A stretch of DNA of 64,000 bases, taken from an uncultured Thermoleophilia bacterium. GTDB taxonomy: Bacteria; Actinomycetota; Thermoleophilia; UBA2241. The translations under genes were made by a program, and so were the position numbers. The stretch spans positions 128,001 through 192,000 of the forward strand of contig CAVPCT010000004.1 of NCBI GenBank assembly GCA_963702475.1, written 5' to 3'. Below are positions 24,000 through 35,173 of this stretch, in pieces; position 1 is the first letter of the stretch, and every line of letters begins with the position of its first letter. Under the pieces are notes generated by a model. That model was not told where the DNA came from. It saw only the letters and a list, made by a program, of their open reading frames with translations, and made no database searches.

Positions 24000-24964
24000 C
24001 GCAGGCCCGTCCGCAGGCGCGGGCTGATGAGGATCGTGAGGATGTCCGCGCCCAGGTTGAGGAGCACGTAGACGGCGGCGATGAGCAGCACGAGCGCCTG
24101 CACCACCGGCATGTCGCGGTTGGCCACCGCGTCAACGAGCCCCGTCCCGATGCCGGGGAAGCCGAACAGGTACTCCACGGTGACGATGCCGCCGGCCAGC
24201 CAGGCGATGTTGATGGCGATCACCTGGATAGTCGGGATGATGGCGTTGGGAAGGGCGTGGTGCCACAGCACCCGCGACTCCTTGAGGCCCTTGAGGCGCG
24301 CCATCATGACGTACTCGCTCTCGAGCACCTCGATGGTCGAGGCGCGCAGCATGCGACTCACGTACGGGATCACCGCCAGGATCAGAGTGACCACCGGGAG
24401 GATGAACAGGTCCATCTGGCCGCTGAGCGGCGCCCGCGAGTCGACGTTCGACACCGACGGCAGCCAGTTGAACACGGCCGTCGCGAAGATGAGCACCAGG
24501 ATGATGCCGATCACGAACTCGGGCAGCGACACCAGCGTGAGATTGAAGATGTTCATGCCGTTGTCGAACTTCGAGTCTCGGTACACCGCGCTGAACGCCC
24601 CGATGACGATCGAGATGGGGATGCTGAAGAGCGCCGCCAGCGACACCAGGATGAACGAGTTGATGACGCGCTGCTTCAGGAGGTCGGTGACCTTGGCCTG
24701 GCCGCCCACCAGGGACTTGCCGAGGTCCCCTTTCACCACGCTGCCCAGCCAGCTCGTGTACTGCGACAGCATCGGCTTGTCGAGGCCGAGCTCCTTGCGC
24801 AGCGCCTCGTAGCGGACCTTGTCGGCGGAGTCCTTGCCGAGGATGGCCTTGGCGGCGTCGCCGGGCAGCGCCTGCGTGGCGGCGAAGACCACGACGCTCA
24901 CGAGGAACAGCGTGAGCAGGCCCAGGCCGAGGCGGATGAGCAGGAGCTTGAGGAGGGGCGGCAC
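23996..24964 (-). CDS. DppB-type ABC permease
   Basis: LPGDAA, GDLGKS, ARLKGL..HALPNA, VEYLFGFPGIG. Confidence 0.92.
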   Translation of the reverse strand: MPPLLKLLLIRLGLGLLTLFLVSVVVFAATQALPGDAAKAILGKDSADKVRYEALRKELGLDKPMLSQYTSWLGSVVKGDLGKSLVGGQAKVTDLLKQRVINSFILVSLAALFSIPISIVIGAFSAVYRDSKFDNGMNIFNLTLVSLPEFVIGIILVLIFATAVFNWLPSVSNVDSRAPLSGQMDLFILPVVTLILAVIPYVSRMLRASTIEVLESEYVMMARLKGLKESRVLWHHALPNAIIPTIQVIAINIAWLAGGIVTVEYLFGFPGIGTGLVDAVANRDMPVVQALVLLIAAVYVLLNLGADILTILISPRLRTGLR

Positions 24965-25053
24965 GCAGGCGGCGGGTCAGCCCGGACGGCGGGCGCTCCG
25001 GCCAAGAGGCCGGAGCGCCCGCCCGCACCGGGCAGGACGATCAAAGGAGTGGA

Positions 25054-26718
25054 TCACGCGAACCAGCCGAGGCGGTAGCGCGCGTTGCTCGCGCAGGAAC
25101 CGAGTCCCGAGTAGTCGGCCAGCATGCCCATGACCGTGGCGGCCATCGCGTCCACCTGGTTGTCGAAGGCGTAGATGATGTAGCGCGCCCTCGTTGTACT
25201 CGATGGTCGCGGCCTCGGTGATCAGTTCGTTGCGCTTGGCGTCGTCCACCGTCTTCATGGCCTCGTTGACGAGGTCCATGTACTTCTGGTTGGTCGGAGC
25301 CCAGTGGGTCTCGTCGTAGAGGGCGCCCGGCATGGTGCCCATGCCGGTCTGAGCGAGGTAGCCACGCGTGCCCCAGTTGTCCATGGCGAAGCCCCACTTG
25401 AGGTACTGGTCGCCCCAGAACACGTCGCCGGTGACGTTGTCGACCTTCACCGTGACGCCGGCGGCCTGCGCCTGCTGCGCGAACACCGTGGCGGCGGCGG
25501 GGGCGTTGTTGCTGACCGACGTGGAGGTCATGAGCTTGACGGTCATGTTCTCCTGGCCGGCCTGCTTGAGCAGCGACATGGCCTGCTCGATGTCCTGCTC
25601 GCGCTGCGGCAGGTCCTTGGGGTAGCCGGGGTCGAACGGGCCGTACATGTCGTTGCCGAGCCACTGCAGGCCGTCGGCGCCCTGGGCGATCATCTCGGGG
25701 CGGTTGACGAGGAGGCGGAACGCCTGGCGCACGCGCACGTCGTCGAACGGCTTGACGTCCACGTTCATGGTGAACGGGATCCAGGAGCCGGTCTTGGCCT
25801 CGAGGAGCTTGTGGCCGGCGCCCTCGGCGATCTGGCGCTGCGCGCCGGGGATCATGTTCACGTAATCCACGGCGCCGCCGAGCAGGGCGTTCATCTGCGC
25901 GGTGGTGTCGGCGAACTCGATGATCGACAGCTGGTCGACGTAGGGGCCGCCGTCCTGGCGCCAGTAGTTCTCGTTCTTGACGAAGACGCACTGCACGCCC
26001 GGCTGGAAGTCGCTCGGGCTGGGCGAGCTTGAAGGGGCCGGTGCCGATGGCGCCCTCGCCACCCTTGGGGTCGTAGCCGACGGGGACGACGGCGGCGCTG
26101 TAGGTGGCTAGCGCCTCCGGGAAGATGGCGTTGGTCTCCGTCGAGGTTGAACTGCACCGTGAGGTCGTCGATCTTCTTGGTGCCGCCCGGCGCGAGGCCC
26201 TTGAGCTGCGCGGCCGCAAGGCCCGGGCTCTTGGGGTCCATGATGCGTTCGAAGCTGTAGACCACGGCGTCGGCGTTGACCGGCGAGCCGTCGTGGAAGG
26301 TGAGGCCCGACTTGAGCTTGACCGTGTACTGCGTGCCGTCGGCGTTCGGCTCGAGCGACTCGGCCAGCGCCATGCCTAGCACGCCCTCGTTGCTGTACTC
26401 GAGCAGCGAGTCGTACATGTTGAAGCGCATGTCCATGGACTGCATGGTGTACGCGGTGGCGTGCGCGTCCAGGTCCTCCTTGGCCGAGCCCTGGCCGGCG
26501 GCGACACGCAGGTGGCCGCCCATGTTGGGCGTGCCGGCCGCGGCCGAACCGCTGGCGGACGGGCTGGCGCTGGAGCCGGACTCCTCGCTGGAGCCGCAGG
26601 CTGCCGTGGTCGAACCTAGTGCCGCGACCGCGCCGACGGCTGCGGCACCCTGCAGCACCTGGCGCCTGGTCAGCTGTTTGGCGAAGACTCCCCGCTTCTC
26701 GTCATCTCGTGTGCTCAT
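25054..26718 (-). CDS. Family-5 ABC substrate-binding protein, Tat lipoprotein (frameshifts ~26140, ~26025, ~25185)
   Basis: TRRQVL..AAC signal, IGTGPFK, PFDDVRVRQA. Close paralog of 30756..32408. Confidence 0.88.
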
Positions 26719-27187
26719 TCTCCGCTCCCCCTTGCTCTTACCAGGTCATGACCTGCGCCGTGGCCCAGACGGCACCCCGGTGGGGCGCCTCAGCCTCCCT
26801 CGACGGAGTGAGTCCAGAACGGGACTCTGCGCCTCGCGGTACCGCATAGTACGCGCACGTCATGCGAAAAGGGAACCCTGACCACCGGGCGCGGTCCAGT
26901 ATCCGAGACGGTTTTGCGGACCGGTCGCGATGTTCGAAAAGACGTTCGGGGCCGTGCCGGCGTTCGGGCCGCCGCATCGGCGGCGTCGACGGCGGCCCCC
27001 GACTGTCAGAGGTGTGGGCGAGAACGGGAATGCAGAAGCCGCGCGCGACGAGGTCGTCTGACTGCACTCACCGCTGATCCGCGCCGACACCAGCGACCCT
27101 CCCTGGGACGCTCGTCTCGCCGGGGACCTCGCCCTACAGGCCGCGTTCATCGAGCGGCCGGCGCTGGGTCCGCCGATCCAGGGCGAG

Positions 27188-28597
27188 TCAGTCCGGCGGC
27201 CCGGAGCCGCCGGCCACGATGGCGTCGAGCCCCGCGAGCTGACTGCCCGCCAGGTCGAACGCGCGCGGCTCCGCACGGAGGTGCGCGGTGCGGGCGCGCA
27301 CCTTGTCCAGCAGCGTCAGGGAGCCCTGGGCTCGCCAGCGCTGGTACCCGGCGTCGTCGAACAACTCGCTCCTCCAGTACTCGCGGTGGTGCCGCCTGGT
27401 GTACTTCGTCCCCAGGTGGTTGCCGCCCGGCCCCGCCGAGGCGATCTCCTGGACGGCGAGCGCCTCGTCGTCGAGCGGCACGTCGCGCAGGAAGGCCTTG
27501 GCGTACCCGGCGAGCTCGTCCCCAAGGACGAGCGCCTCGAAGGCGGCCGACATGCCGTTCTCCAGGCCGCCGAAGCCGTGCAGCAGCGTCGCCCGGGAGA
27601 GCCCGCCCAGGATCGTCGTGAGGGCGACCTCCGCCGACCACTGCTGGTCGAGCGCCTTGGAGACGGAGATGCCGGCGTAGGAGTAGCTGGGGAGGCCGTA
27701 GTACCTGGACAGGTCGCAGCCGGCCTGCAGCGCCAGGTGGAGGTCCGGCGTGGTGTACGGATCGGCCGCCGAGCGCATATCCGTGGCGCCGCCCCCGGCC
27801 CCGTAGACGAACGGGGCGCCGGGCCGCACGCGCTGGTGCAGCACCAGCGCGCTGAGGACCTCGGCGTTGGCCACCACGACAGCGGCCGGGATCGAGCATG
27901 GCGCCGTTGAGCCTGCCGACGGCGCCGGACCGCAGATCAACGGTACCTGCGCCTCGGCGCAGGCGACGATCTTGGAGAGGCCGCCGGCGTCGTGCCGCAG
28001 CGGCGGCCCGGGCATGGCGAGCACGGCGATGCTGTCACGCTCGCCACACAGCTCCGCCATGCGCCGGATCTCCGGCACGCAGCGTCCGTCCATCGGGGTC
28101 AGGACCAGCGGCTTGCGCGTGCCCCGCAGCAGAGCCGCGGCATGTGCGAGGTCGAACGCCTCGGCCGGCGCGTCGTGGCAGGAGACGACCATCATCACGA
28201 AGTCCACCCGCGGCAGCCGCTCACACAGCGCCGCCATCTCCTCGAGGTCGGTGAGCCGGGCCGGCCGCCGCTCGCGGGTGTCCGGGTCCAGCACGTACGG
28301 GCAGCCTTGGCCGTTGCCGAAGTACATGTCGCCTGGGCGGAGTGCGAGGGGCGGCGCCTGACCGCCTCGCGACCGCAGGGTCCACTCGCGAGGCGCACTC
28401 CGCAGCGCAGCCTCGACGAGCTCGCCATCGAGGTACACTCTCTCTCCCTCGACGCGTGCGCCCGCCTCCGCGTAGAGCCTCAGCGCAGTCGCGTGCTGCA
28501 GTACGTCGACGCCCACCTCCGCCAGCACGGTCAGAGTGGCCTCGTGGAGACGGGCGCAGTCGCCGGGACCGAGCAGCGAAAGGGTAGGAGCGGGCAC
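27188..28597 (-). CDS. MttB-superfamily methyltransferase, non-Pyl
   Basis: LHEATLTVLAEVGV, PPLRHD, GSTAPCSIPAA, YYGLPS, AGPGGNHL. Confidence 0.88.
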   Translation of the reverse strand: MPAPTLSLLGPGDCARLHEATLTVLAEVGVDVLQHATALRLYAEAGARVEGERVYLDGELVEAALRSAPREWTLRSRGGQAPPLALRPGDMYFGNGQGCPYVLDPDTRERRPARLTDLEEMAALCERLPRVDFVMMVVSCHDAPAEAFDLAHAAALLRGTRKPLVLTPMDGRCVPEIRRMAELCGERDSIAVLAMPGPPLRHDAGGLSKIVACAEAQVPLICGPAPSAGSTAPCSIPAAVVVANAEVLSALVLHQRVRPGAPFVYGAGGGATDMRSAADPYTTPDLHLALQAGCDLSRYYGLPSYSYAGISVSKALDQQWSAEVALTTILGGLSRATLLHGFGGLENGMSAAFEALVLGDELAGYAKAFLRDVPLDDEALAVQEIASAGPGGNHLGTKYTRRHHREYWRSELFDDAGYQRWRAQGSLTLLDKVRARTAHLRAEPRAFDLAGSQLAGLDAIVAGGSGPPD

Positions 28598-28612
28598 GCT
28601 CGGTCTCGTGCT

Positions 28613-30647
28613 TCAGACCGGGGCGGCGGCGCGGACGAGCTCGACGCGGACGCCCACGTCACGCAGCGGCGGAAAGCCGCTTACCGGGTCGGGTTCGCCC
28701 GCCGACGTCAGGAGATTCACGTTCGCCTCGCTCCAGCCGTGCACGGCGCGAAGGGTGCCGGATGTGATGTCGCCTGGCGCGACGACGCGCACCGGCAGGT
28801 CGAGGGCCCCGGTCCGCGAGGTCACGCGGACGATGTCACCGCTCGCCAGGCCGAGGCCGCGAGCGTCGCTGGGGTGCATCTCGAGGTCCGGTCCGGGCGC
28901 GACGTCGCGCAGGCGTGCGATGGTGCGGGACTGGCTGTTCAGGAGCGCGACGTTGCGACCGCCCGCAAGGAGCACCAGCGGGTACGCCGGGTCGGGCGAC
29001 TCGAGGCGGGCCGGGCGCCGGTAAACAGGCAGTTCGTCGTGCCCGAGGTCGCGCAGGTAGCGCGACGTGAGCTCGAGCCTGCCCGACGGAGTGGCAAGAC
29101 GGGCGCCGGGCGTGGCCTCGTACCGCACGCCCTCCGGGTGCTCGCGAAGCTGCTCGAGCGTCAGTCCCGTCGGCTCGAGCAGCCAGCGGTCCAGGGCGCA
29201 CTCGTCCTCCCAGGGGAAGAACCGACCCGCCCCGAGGCGCACCGCGAGATCACGCCAGAACTCGTACTCGTCCTGAACGCCGGGGATGGAGAGCGCGGGC
29301 GCGGTCAGCGTGAGCAGCTGGTACTTGAGGTGCACGTGCAACTCCGTCCGCTCGAGGAAGGAGGCCGCCGGCAAGACGTAGTCGGCCAGCGCGGCGGTGT
29401 CCGTCATGAACAGGTCGCGCACCACCAGGAGATCCAGCGACGCGAGAGCGCGGGTCACCCGCGCGGCGTCGGGGTGGGCCAGGACCGGGTTGGCGCCCGT
29501 CACAATGAGCGCGCGCAGCGGGTAGGGATCGCCCTCGAGCATGGCCCCGAGCGCCGTGGGTGTGTGGCAGTCGTGGCAGATGTCGTACAGCACGGGGAAC
29601 GCGTCGGCGCCGAGTGGCCCTAGGTGCCGCAGCGGGACCTCGTCGTACAGCGTCAGGTCGCGGAGCGGGGGGAGAGGGCAGTCGGACGCCGCCCTCCACT
29701 CCGACCGAGCCGAGCAGCGAGTCCAGGACGGCGAGGGTCCGGACGGTGCCGACGCCGTTGCCGTGATGCTCCAGTCCGAGTCCGGCGTAGGAGGCCACAT
29801 GCGGCGCGGCGCCGGCCACCACGGCCGCCACATCGCGGACCATCGTGGCCGGTACGCCGGTCTCCTCCTCCACGAGCTCCGGCGTGAAGCTCTCCGCGTA
29901 CGCGGCCGCGGCGCGAAAGCCGATCGTCCGGCGCTCGACGGCAGCACGGTCCACGGCTCCCGTGGCGATGAGCTCGCGTATGAGCCCCCAGGCCAGGGCT
30001 CCGTCCGTGCCGGGCCGCACGGGCACGTGGATGTCCGCCCGGCGCGCGATCGCTGAGCGCCGGGGGTCGACCACCACCAGCGAAGCCCCGTTGCGCCGCG
30101 CCGCCCTGATGTACTGCATCATGGTCGGGTGCGAGTGCGGCGGGTCAGCCGCCCAAAGCACGATGCACCGCGCGTGCTCGAAATCCGGCACCGGCCAGGC
30201 GCCGAGCACGAGCCGGTAGGCGATGAAACGCGTCGCCCAGCACACCGCGTCGACACACAGGTAGTTGGGCGTACCGACGGCGTGAGCGAAGCGCCGCGCG
30301 ATCGCCTCCTGCTGGCCGAAGCCCAAGGCCTCGCCCTTCCAGATGCCCAGGCTGCGGGCCCCGTGCCGGTCGCGGACCGCGGCGACGCGCTCGGCGATCT
30401 CGTCCAGCGCCTCGCCGAGCTCGATCTCCCGCCAGCCGGCCTTCGTGCGCTTGAGCGGCCGGAGCAGGCGGTCGGGGTGGTGGACCAGGTCACCGGCCGC
30501 GCGGGCCTTGACGCACACGTGCCCCCGGCTCCAGAGGTGGTCGGGGTCGCCCGCGACAGCGACCACCCGCCCGTCGCGCACGGTCACGTCGATGCCGCAG
30601 CGGTCATCGCACATGCGGCAGAGCGTCTTCACGACCCGCTCGCCCAT
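28613..30647 (-). CDS. Molybdopterin (bis-MGD) oxidoreductase, cytoplasmic (frameshift ~29690)
   Basis: CRMCDDRC..C 4Fe-4S motif, RPGTDGALA, DLFMTDTA..ADYVLPAASFLER, C-terminal molybdopterin-binding domain. No Tat signal. Confidence 0.88.
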
Positions 30648-30755
30648 CGGGTCCTCCAGCGGTCGAGGTCAAGACGTGACACCGTTCACGGAGGGCCGGG
30701 CGCCCGAAGAGATCGGAGCGCCCGGCCCAAGGCTTTCAGCTAGCCGCCGGGCGGC

Positions 30756-32408
30756 TCAGACGAAGTAGACCGTGCGGTACCGCGCGTTGTTGGCGGACAT
30801 CCCGATGCCGGAGAAGTCGGCCAGAGCGCCGGCGACCTTGGGGCTGTAGGAGTCCGCGATCTTCTCGAAGGAATAGATCAGGTAGCCGCCGTCGTTGTAC
30901 TCCATGGTGGAGGCTTCGGTGATGAGCTCGTTGCGCTTGGCATCGTCGGTGGTCCGGAACGCCTCGTCGACGAGCTTCATGTAGTCGTCGCGTGTGCTCG
31001 CCCAGTGCGTCTCGTCGTACAGAGCGCCGGGCACGGTGCCCATGGCGGCCTGCGCCAGGTAACCACGGGTGCCCCACTGGTCCATGGCGAACGGCCACTT
31101 GAGGTACTGGTCGCCCCAGAACACGTCGCCGGTGACGTTGTCGACTTTGACGGTGATGCCGGCGCCCTCGGCCTGCTTGGCGAACACCGTAGCCACCGCC
31201 GGCGCCGAGCTGGCGACGGCGGTCGACGTGCTGAGCTTGATGGTCATGCCGTCCTGCCCGGCCTGCTTGAGCAGCGACTTGGCCTCCTCCAGGTCCTGCT
31301 GGCGCTGGGGCAGGTCGGAGGGGTAACCGGGGTCGAAGCGGCCGTACATGTCGTTGCCGATGACCGCCATGCCGTCCACGGCCTGGTCGATGATCTGCTG
31401 GCGATCTGCGACAAGGCGCATGGCCTGCCGAACACGCACGTCATCGAACGGCTTGGTGAGCACGTTCATCGTGATGGGGATCCACAGGCCGGTCTCGGCC
31501 TCCAGCAGCTGCATGCCGGCCCCTTCGGCGATCTTCATCTGGGCGCCGGGGATCATGTTGCAGTACTCCACGGCGCCGCCGAGCAGGGCGTTCATCTGCG
31601 CGGAGTTGTCGGCGAACTCGATGATGGAGAGCTGGTCGACGTACGGGCCCTCGCCCCAGTAGTTCTCGTTGCGAGCCATGACGCACTGCACGCCGGGCTG
31701 GAAGTCGGCGGGGGCCGCGAGCTTGAACGGGCCGGTGCCGATGACGCCCTCGCCTCCCTTGGGGTTGTAGCCGACGGGGACGATGGTGGCCGAGTATGCA
31801 GAGAGCGCCTCGGGGAAGATCGAGTTCGGCTCCTCGAGGACGAACTGCACCGTGAGGTCGTCGACCTTCTTGGTCCCGCCCGGCTTGAGGCCCTTCAACT
31901 GCGTGGCCGCGAGGCCCGGATTCTTGGGGTCGAGGATGCGCTCGAAGCTGTACACAACGGCATCGGCGTTCACGGGCGAGCCGTCGTGGAACACGAGGTC
32001 CGGCTTGAGCTTCACCGTGAACTCGGTGCCGTCGCCGCCAGGCTCCAGCGACTCGGCCAGCGCCATGCCGAGCGTGCCCGTGTTGTCGAACGCGAGCAGC
32101 GAGTCGTAGAGGTTGAAGCGGAAGTTGAGAGCGGGGCTGCTGAGGGCCGGGGTATGAGCGTCCAGGTCCTCCTTGGCCGTGCCGGCCGAGGTGGCCACGC
32201 GCAGGTGGCCGCCGGTCTTCGGCCCGGAGGCGGCCGAACCGCTGGCCGCCGGGCTCGCGCTGGAGCCCGACTCCTCGCTCGAGCCGCACGCCGCGGCGGC
32301 GGATCCGAGGGCCGCGGCCGCGCCCAGGGCGGCTGCCCCCTGCAGCACCTGGCGCCGGGTCACCGGCTTGTGAAGAACGCCGTTCTTCTCGTCGTCTCGT
32401 GTGCTCAT
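30756..32408 (-). CDS. Family-5 ABC substrate-binding protein, Tat lipoprotein
   Basis: MSTRDDEK..TRRQVLQG..AAC, IGTGPFK, PFDDVRVRQA. Intact ORF. Confidence 0.9.
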   Translation of the reverse strand: MSTRDDEKNGVLHKPVTRRQVLQGAAALGAAAALGSAAAACGSSEESGSSASPAASGSAASGPKTGGHLRVATSAGTAKEDLDAHTPALSSPALNFRFNLYDSLLAFDNTGTLGMALAESLEPGGDGTEFTVKLKPDLVFHDGSPVNADAVVYSFERILDPKNPGLAATQLKGLKPGGTKKVDDLTVQFVLEEPNSIFPEALSAYSATIVPVGYNPKGGEGVIGTGPFKLAAPADFQPGVQCVMARNENYWGEGPYVDQLSIIEFADNSAQMNALLGGAVEYCNMIPGAQMKIAEGAGMQLLEAETGLWIPITMNVLTKPFDDVRVRQAMRLVADRQQIIDQAVDGMAVIGNDMYGRFDPGYPSDLPQRQQDLEEAKSLLKQAGQDGMTIKLSTSTAVASSAPAVATVFAKQAEGAGITVKVDNVTGDVFWGDQYLKWPFAMDQWGTRGYLAQAAMGTVPGALYDETHWASTRDDYMKLVDEAFRTTDDAKRNELITEASTMEYNDGGYLIYSFEKIADSYSPKVAGALADFSGIGMSANNARYRTVYFV

Positions 32409-32545
32409 TCGTTCCCCCTGGGTCTCGATCTGCGGATCTCTTACACGTGCACTGGACACCAACTCGTGCGGCGGCCCCCGCTTCCTGCGGGGCTCAATCT
32501 ACGTGCGCGACTGCCGCCCGACAAGGCCCGCGCGCGTTCTGTCTG

Positions 32546-33934
32546 TCACCAGAGACTCCGGCCGCGCAGAAGACGTGCGATGCGGGCGGCCGCCTCGCGC
32601 ACGTCCGCGACGTCGTCGAAGCCCCAGACCAACGATACGAAGTCATCGAGCGCGGGCGACGGCATCAGGTGCCGCAACAGCCACCTCGCCTTGCGCTCCA
32701 TGCGTCCCCGGTCCCACAGCGCCGCTTCCCGCTCGTAGACCACGTGCTCCACCAGACCCGATGCCAGGATGCGTCCGTCCGTGAGCTCGATGGTCACCCG
32801 CGCTGCGTCCATGCCGTCCGGGTCGCCGTTCTCGGACCTCAGGTAGGCCGCTTCGAGCGAGTCGTCGCACACGCACTCGACCTTCGCCGCCAGTGCGTGG
32901 ATCGCCGCATCGGCGGTACGCTCGTCCGAGACCTGCTCCGTCGCCACCTCGCCGTCCACCAGCAGCGCCGCGATGGGCCACGCGATGCTGAACTGCGCCT
33001 CCTCGGTGGTCTCGGGGTGCACCACCCTCAGCTGCAGGGCGTCGGGATACGTCTGGACGACGACGCGCTTCACCCGCGACGCGTCGAACTCGTGCGCGGC
33101 GCGAAGTCGCTCCACGGCCAGCAGTGGGGCATGTGCCCAGAGGCAGCAGGCGAAGTCTTTCCAGCTCATGCCGTGTGTCAGGACCCACGTGGAGCCGAGG
33201 TCCGCGACCCACAGCTGGAACTCCTCACGCGCAAGCATGCTGGGGGTCCCGGTGAATCCCCGCGCCGCGAGCTCCGCCGACAGCAGCCCGTTGAGCGCGC
33301 CGATGCCGATGCCGTGCTTGACCATCGCCGGCTCCGCGACGGCCTCCAGCATCGGGAGCGTGGGCGTGTGGTACTCGGCGATGCCGAGCGCGTGCCGGGT
33401 CTGGACGGGGGATAGCCCGAGGAGGCTCGCGGCGATGGCTGCGCAGCCGATGGAGCCCCACGTGCCGCACGCGCGGTACTCCGGCATGTGGACGTGGTGC
33501 CAGCAGCGGCCGGCCCGGAACATCACCTCGTAGCCGACCACGAACGCGGCCAGGAAGGCAGGCCCGTCCGCACCGGTCTTTTCCGCCGCCGCCAACGCCG
33601 CGGCGAGGGCTTGGGCACCGGGATGCCCCCACGTGTACAGGCCGCAGTCGTCGATGTCGTAGGCATTCGCCGCCACTCCGTTCGCGAACGCGGCCCCGAG
33701 CGCCGACACTTTGTCGCCAGCGCCAAGCAGTGTCGCCTCGCCACCCGGAAACAGATCACGGGCGACCGACTCCGCGATGGCGGTGGAGCGCGCCGTGGAG
33801 CCGGCGAGCGCTGCCGCGAGGTCGTCCATGAGACACAGCAGTGCGCGCTCGCGCACATCGTCGGGCACCGCCTGCCACGTCGTTTGCGTTACGAACGCCG
33901 CGAGCGCAGCCTCCCTGTGATCGAGTGGCCTCAC
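32546..33934 (-). CDS. MmgE/PrpD family protein
   Basis: AAFANG..A.DIDD, GHPG, VVGYEV, K.FACC, EAQFSI. Confidence 0.85.
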   Translation of the reverse strand: MRPLDHREAALAAFVTQTTWQAVPDDVRERALLCLMDDLAAALAGSTARSTAIAESVARDLFPGGEATLLGAGDKVSALGAAFANGVAANAYDIDDCGLYTWGHPGAQALAAALAAAEKTGADGPAFLAAFVVGYEVMFRAGRCWHHVHMPEYRACGTWGSIGCAAIAASLLGLSPVQTRHALGIAEYHTPTLPMLEAVAEPAMVKHGIGIGALNGLLSAELAARGFTGTPSMLAREEFQLWVADLGSTWVLTHGMSWKDFACCLWAHAPLLAVERLRAAHEFDASRVKRVVVQTYPDALQLRVVHPETTEEAQFSIAWPIAALLVDGEVATEQVSDERTADAAIHALAAKVECVCDDSLEAAYLRSENGDPDGMDAARVTIELTDGRILASGLVEHVVYEREAALWDRGRMERKARWLLRHLMPSPALDDFVSLVWGFDDVADVREAAARIARLLRGRSLW

Positions 33935-33945
33935 CGCCGCACCAG

Positions 33946-35148
33946 TCAGTCCGCCCAGCGGATCCGCGCGGCGTACTCTTCCGATGCGGCGCGCATGTCG
34001 CGGTAGAACGCGGTGATCTCCTCAGGCGAGACCCGGCCGTCGGGCACGATCTGGCAGTACGGGATAGCGACCACGTCCGGGGCGAAGGTGTCGCAGACTG
34101 TGCGGAACTCCGCGAGCTGCTGATCGAGCGGGACGCCGCGCTCCCACATCACCTCGAGGTGACCGCGACGCCCGCGCGCCTCCTCCGCCTTCGGGCCGAG
34201 CTCCTCCTTCAGCGCCGCGAAGTCGGCGTGGCTGAAGCGGAAGGAGCAGTTGTGGCCCACGACGAAGGGCCTCTCGCGCAGGTAGAGGCGCACCGCCGGG
34301 TTGGGACCGCACACGTGCAGCAGGCCGTCCCCGAGATGTTCGAAGAGACGGTCGGTGTAGGGCTGGTCGAACCGCTCGAAGACCGACGGGCTCAGGAGGC
34401 TCGCGATGTCGTCGGTCAGCAGGACCTTCGCCTCTTCGGGCCGCCAGGTCGGCCAGTTGCCTCTGGCGGCCAGGCGGCTCGGGTCGCTCACGGTGGCGAG
34501 CACCGCGTCCTGCACTGCGAGCTGCGTGCGCAGCACGACCTCGCAGGCCTGGTGGATCGCGTCCGGCCAGCGCTTGAGGGCGACGAAGAAGAGCGTCTGG
34601 TCCATGAGCTCCATGACGTCGCCGAGCGGCGACGTGACGTCCACACCGCCGAGCGCGACCTCCGGAGGAAAGCACCGCGCCGCGATCTCCAGGCGGCTGA
34701 GCGCCTCAGGCAGGACGCCGTCGCGGCGCGGGTCGCCCTCGCGGAGCTCGGCGAGCTCGTCGATCTTCGTCGCGAGCGGCCGCCTCACACCGGGGAACGC
34801 GTTGAGATCGTCCGACCACCAGAGCTCCGCTCCCAGCATCTTGGGCACCGTGTAGAACCCCAGCCACGGTGGCTCGGCCAGGGGGATGTAGTCGTCCGGC
34901 AGCAGCTCCAGAGACCACTCGATGCGGCGGACCGCCGAGGTGAACCATGCCTCCGTCTCGAGCTGGCTCTCCCGCACGGTGACCCCGCAGGCCGGGCTGA
35001 AGTCCACCTGGATGGGGATGTGGTCGACGGGCTGGTAGCGCCACACGCGGCGCAGGAGCTCCTTGCGAGCCTCCACGGTCGCAGGGTCGATCGCGAACGT
35101 CCGCGGCTCGATCTCGAGCCTCCCCGCGGTGGGGTCCATGATCGTCAT
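33946..35148 (-). CDS. Uroporphyrinogen decarboxylase superfamily (URO-D/MtaA-CmuA-like) protein
   Basis: D..SPLGD, DDIASLLSPSVFERFDQPY, LLHVCG (HxC motif). Confidence 0.7.
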   Translation of the reverse strand: MTIMDPTAGRLEIEPRTFAIDPATVEARKELLRRVWRYQPVDHIPIQVDFSPACGVTVRESQLETEAWFTSAVRRIEWSLELLPDDYIPLAEPPWLGFYTVPKMLGAELWWSDDLNAFPGVRRPLATKIDELAELREGDPRRDGVLPEALSRLEIAARCFPPEVALGGVDVTSPLGDVMELMDQTLFFVALKRWPDAIHQACEVVLRTQLAVQDAVLATVSDPSRLAARGNWPTWRPEEAKVLLTDDIASLLSPSVFERFDQPYTDRLFEHLGDGLLHVCGPNPAVRLYLRERPFVVGHNCSFRFSHADFAALKEELGPKAEEARGRRGHLEVMWERGVPLDQQLAEFRTVCDTFAPDVVAIPYCQIVPDGRVSPEEITAFYRDMRAASEEYAARIRWAD

Positions 35149-35173
35149 CGCCTCCCCCAGAGCTCCCCGGCGG

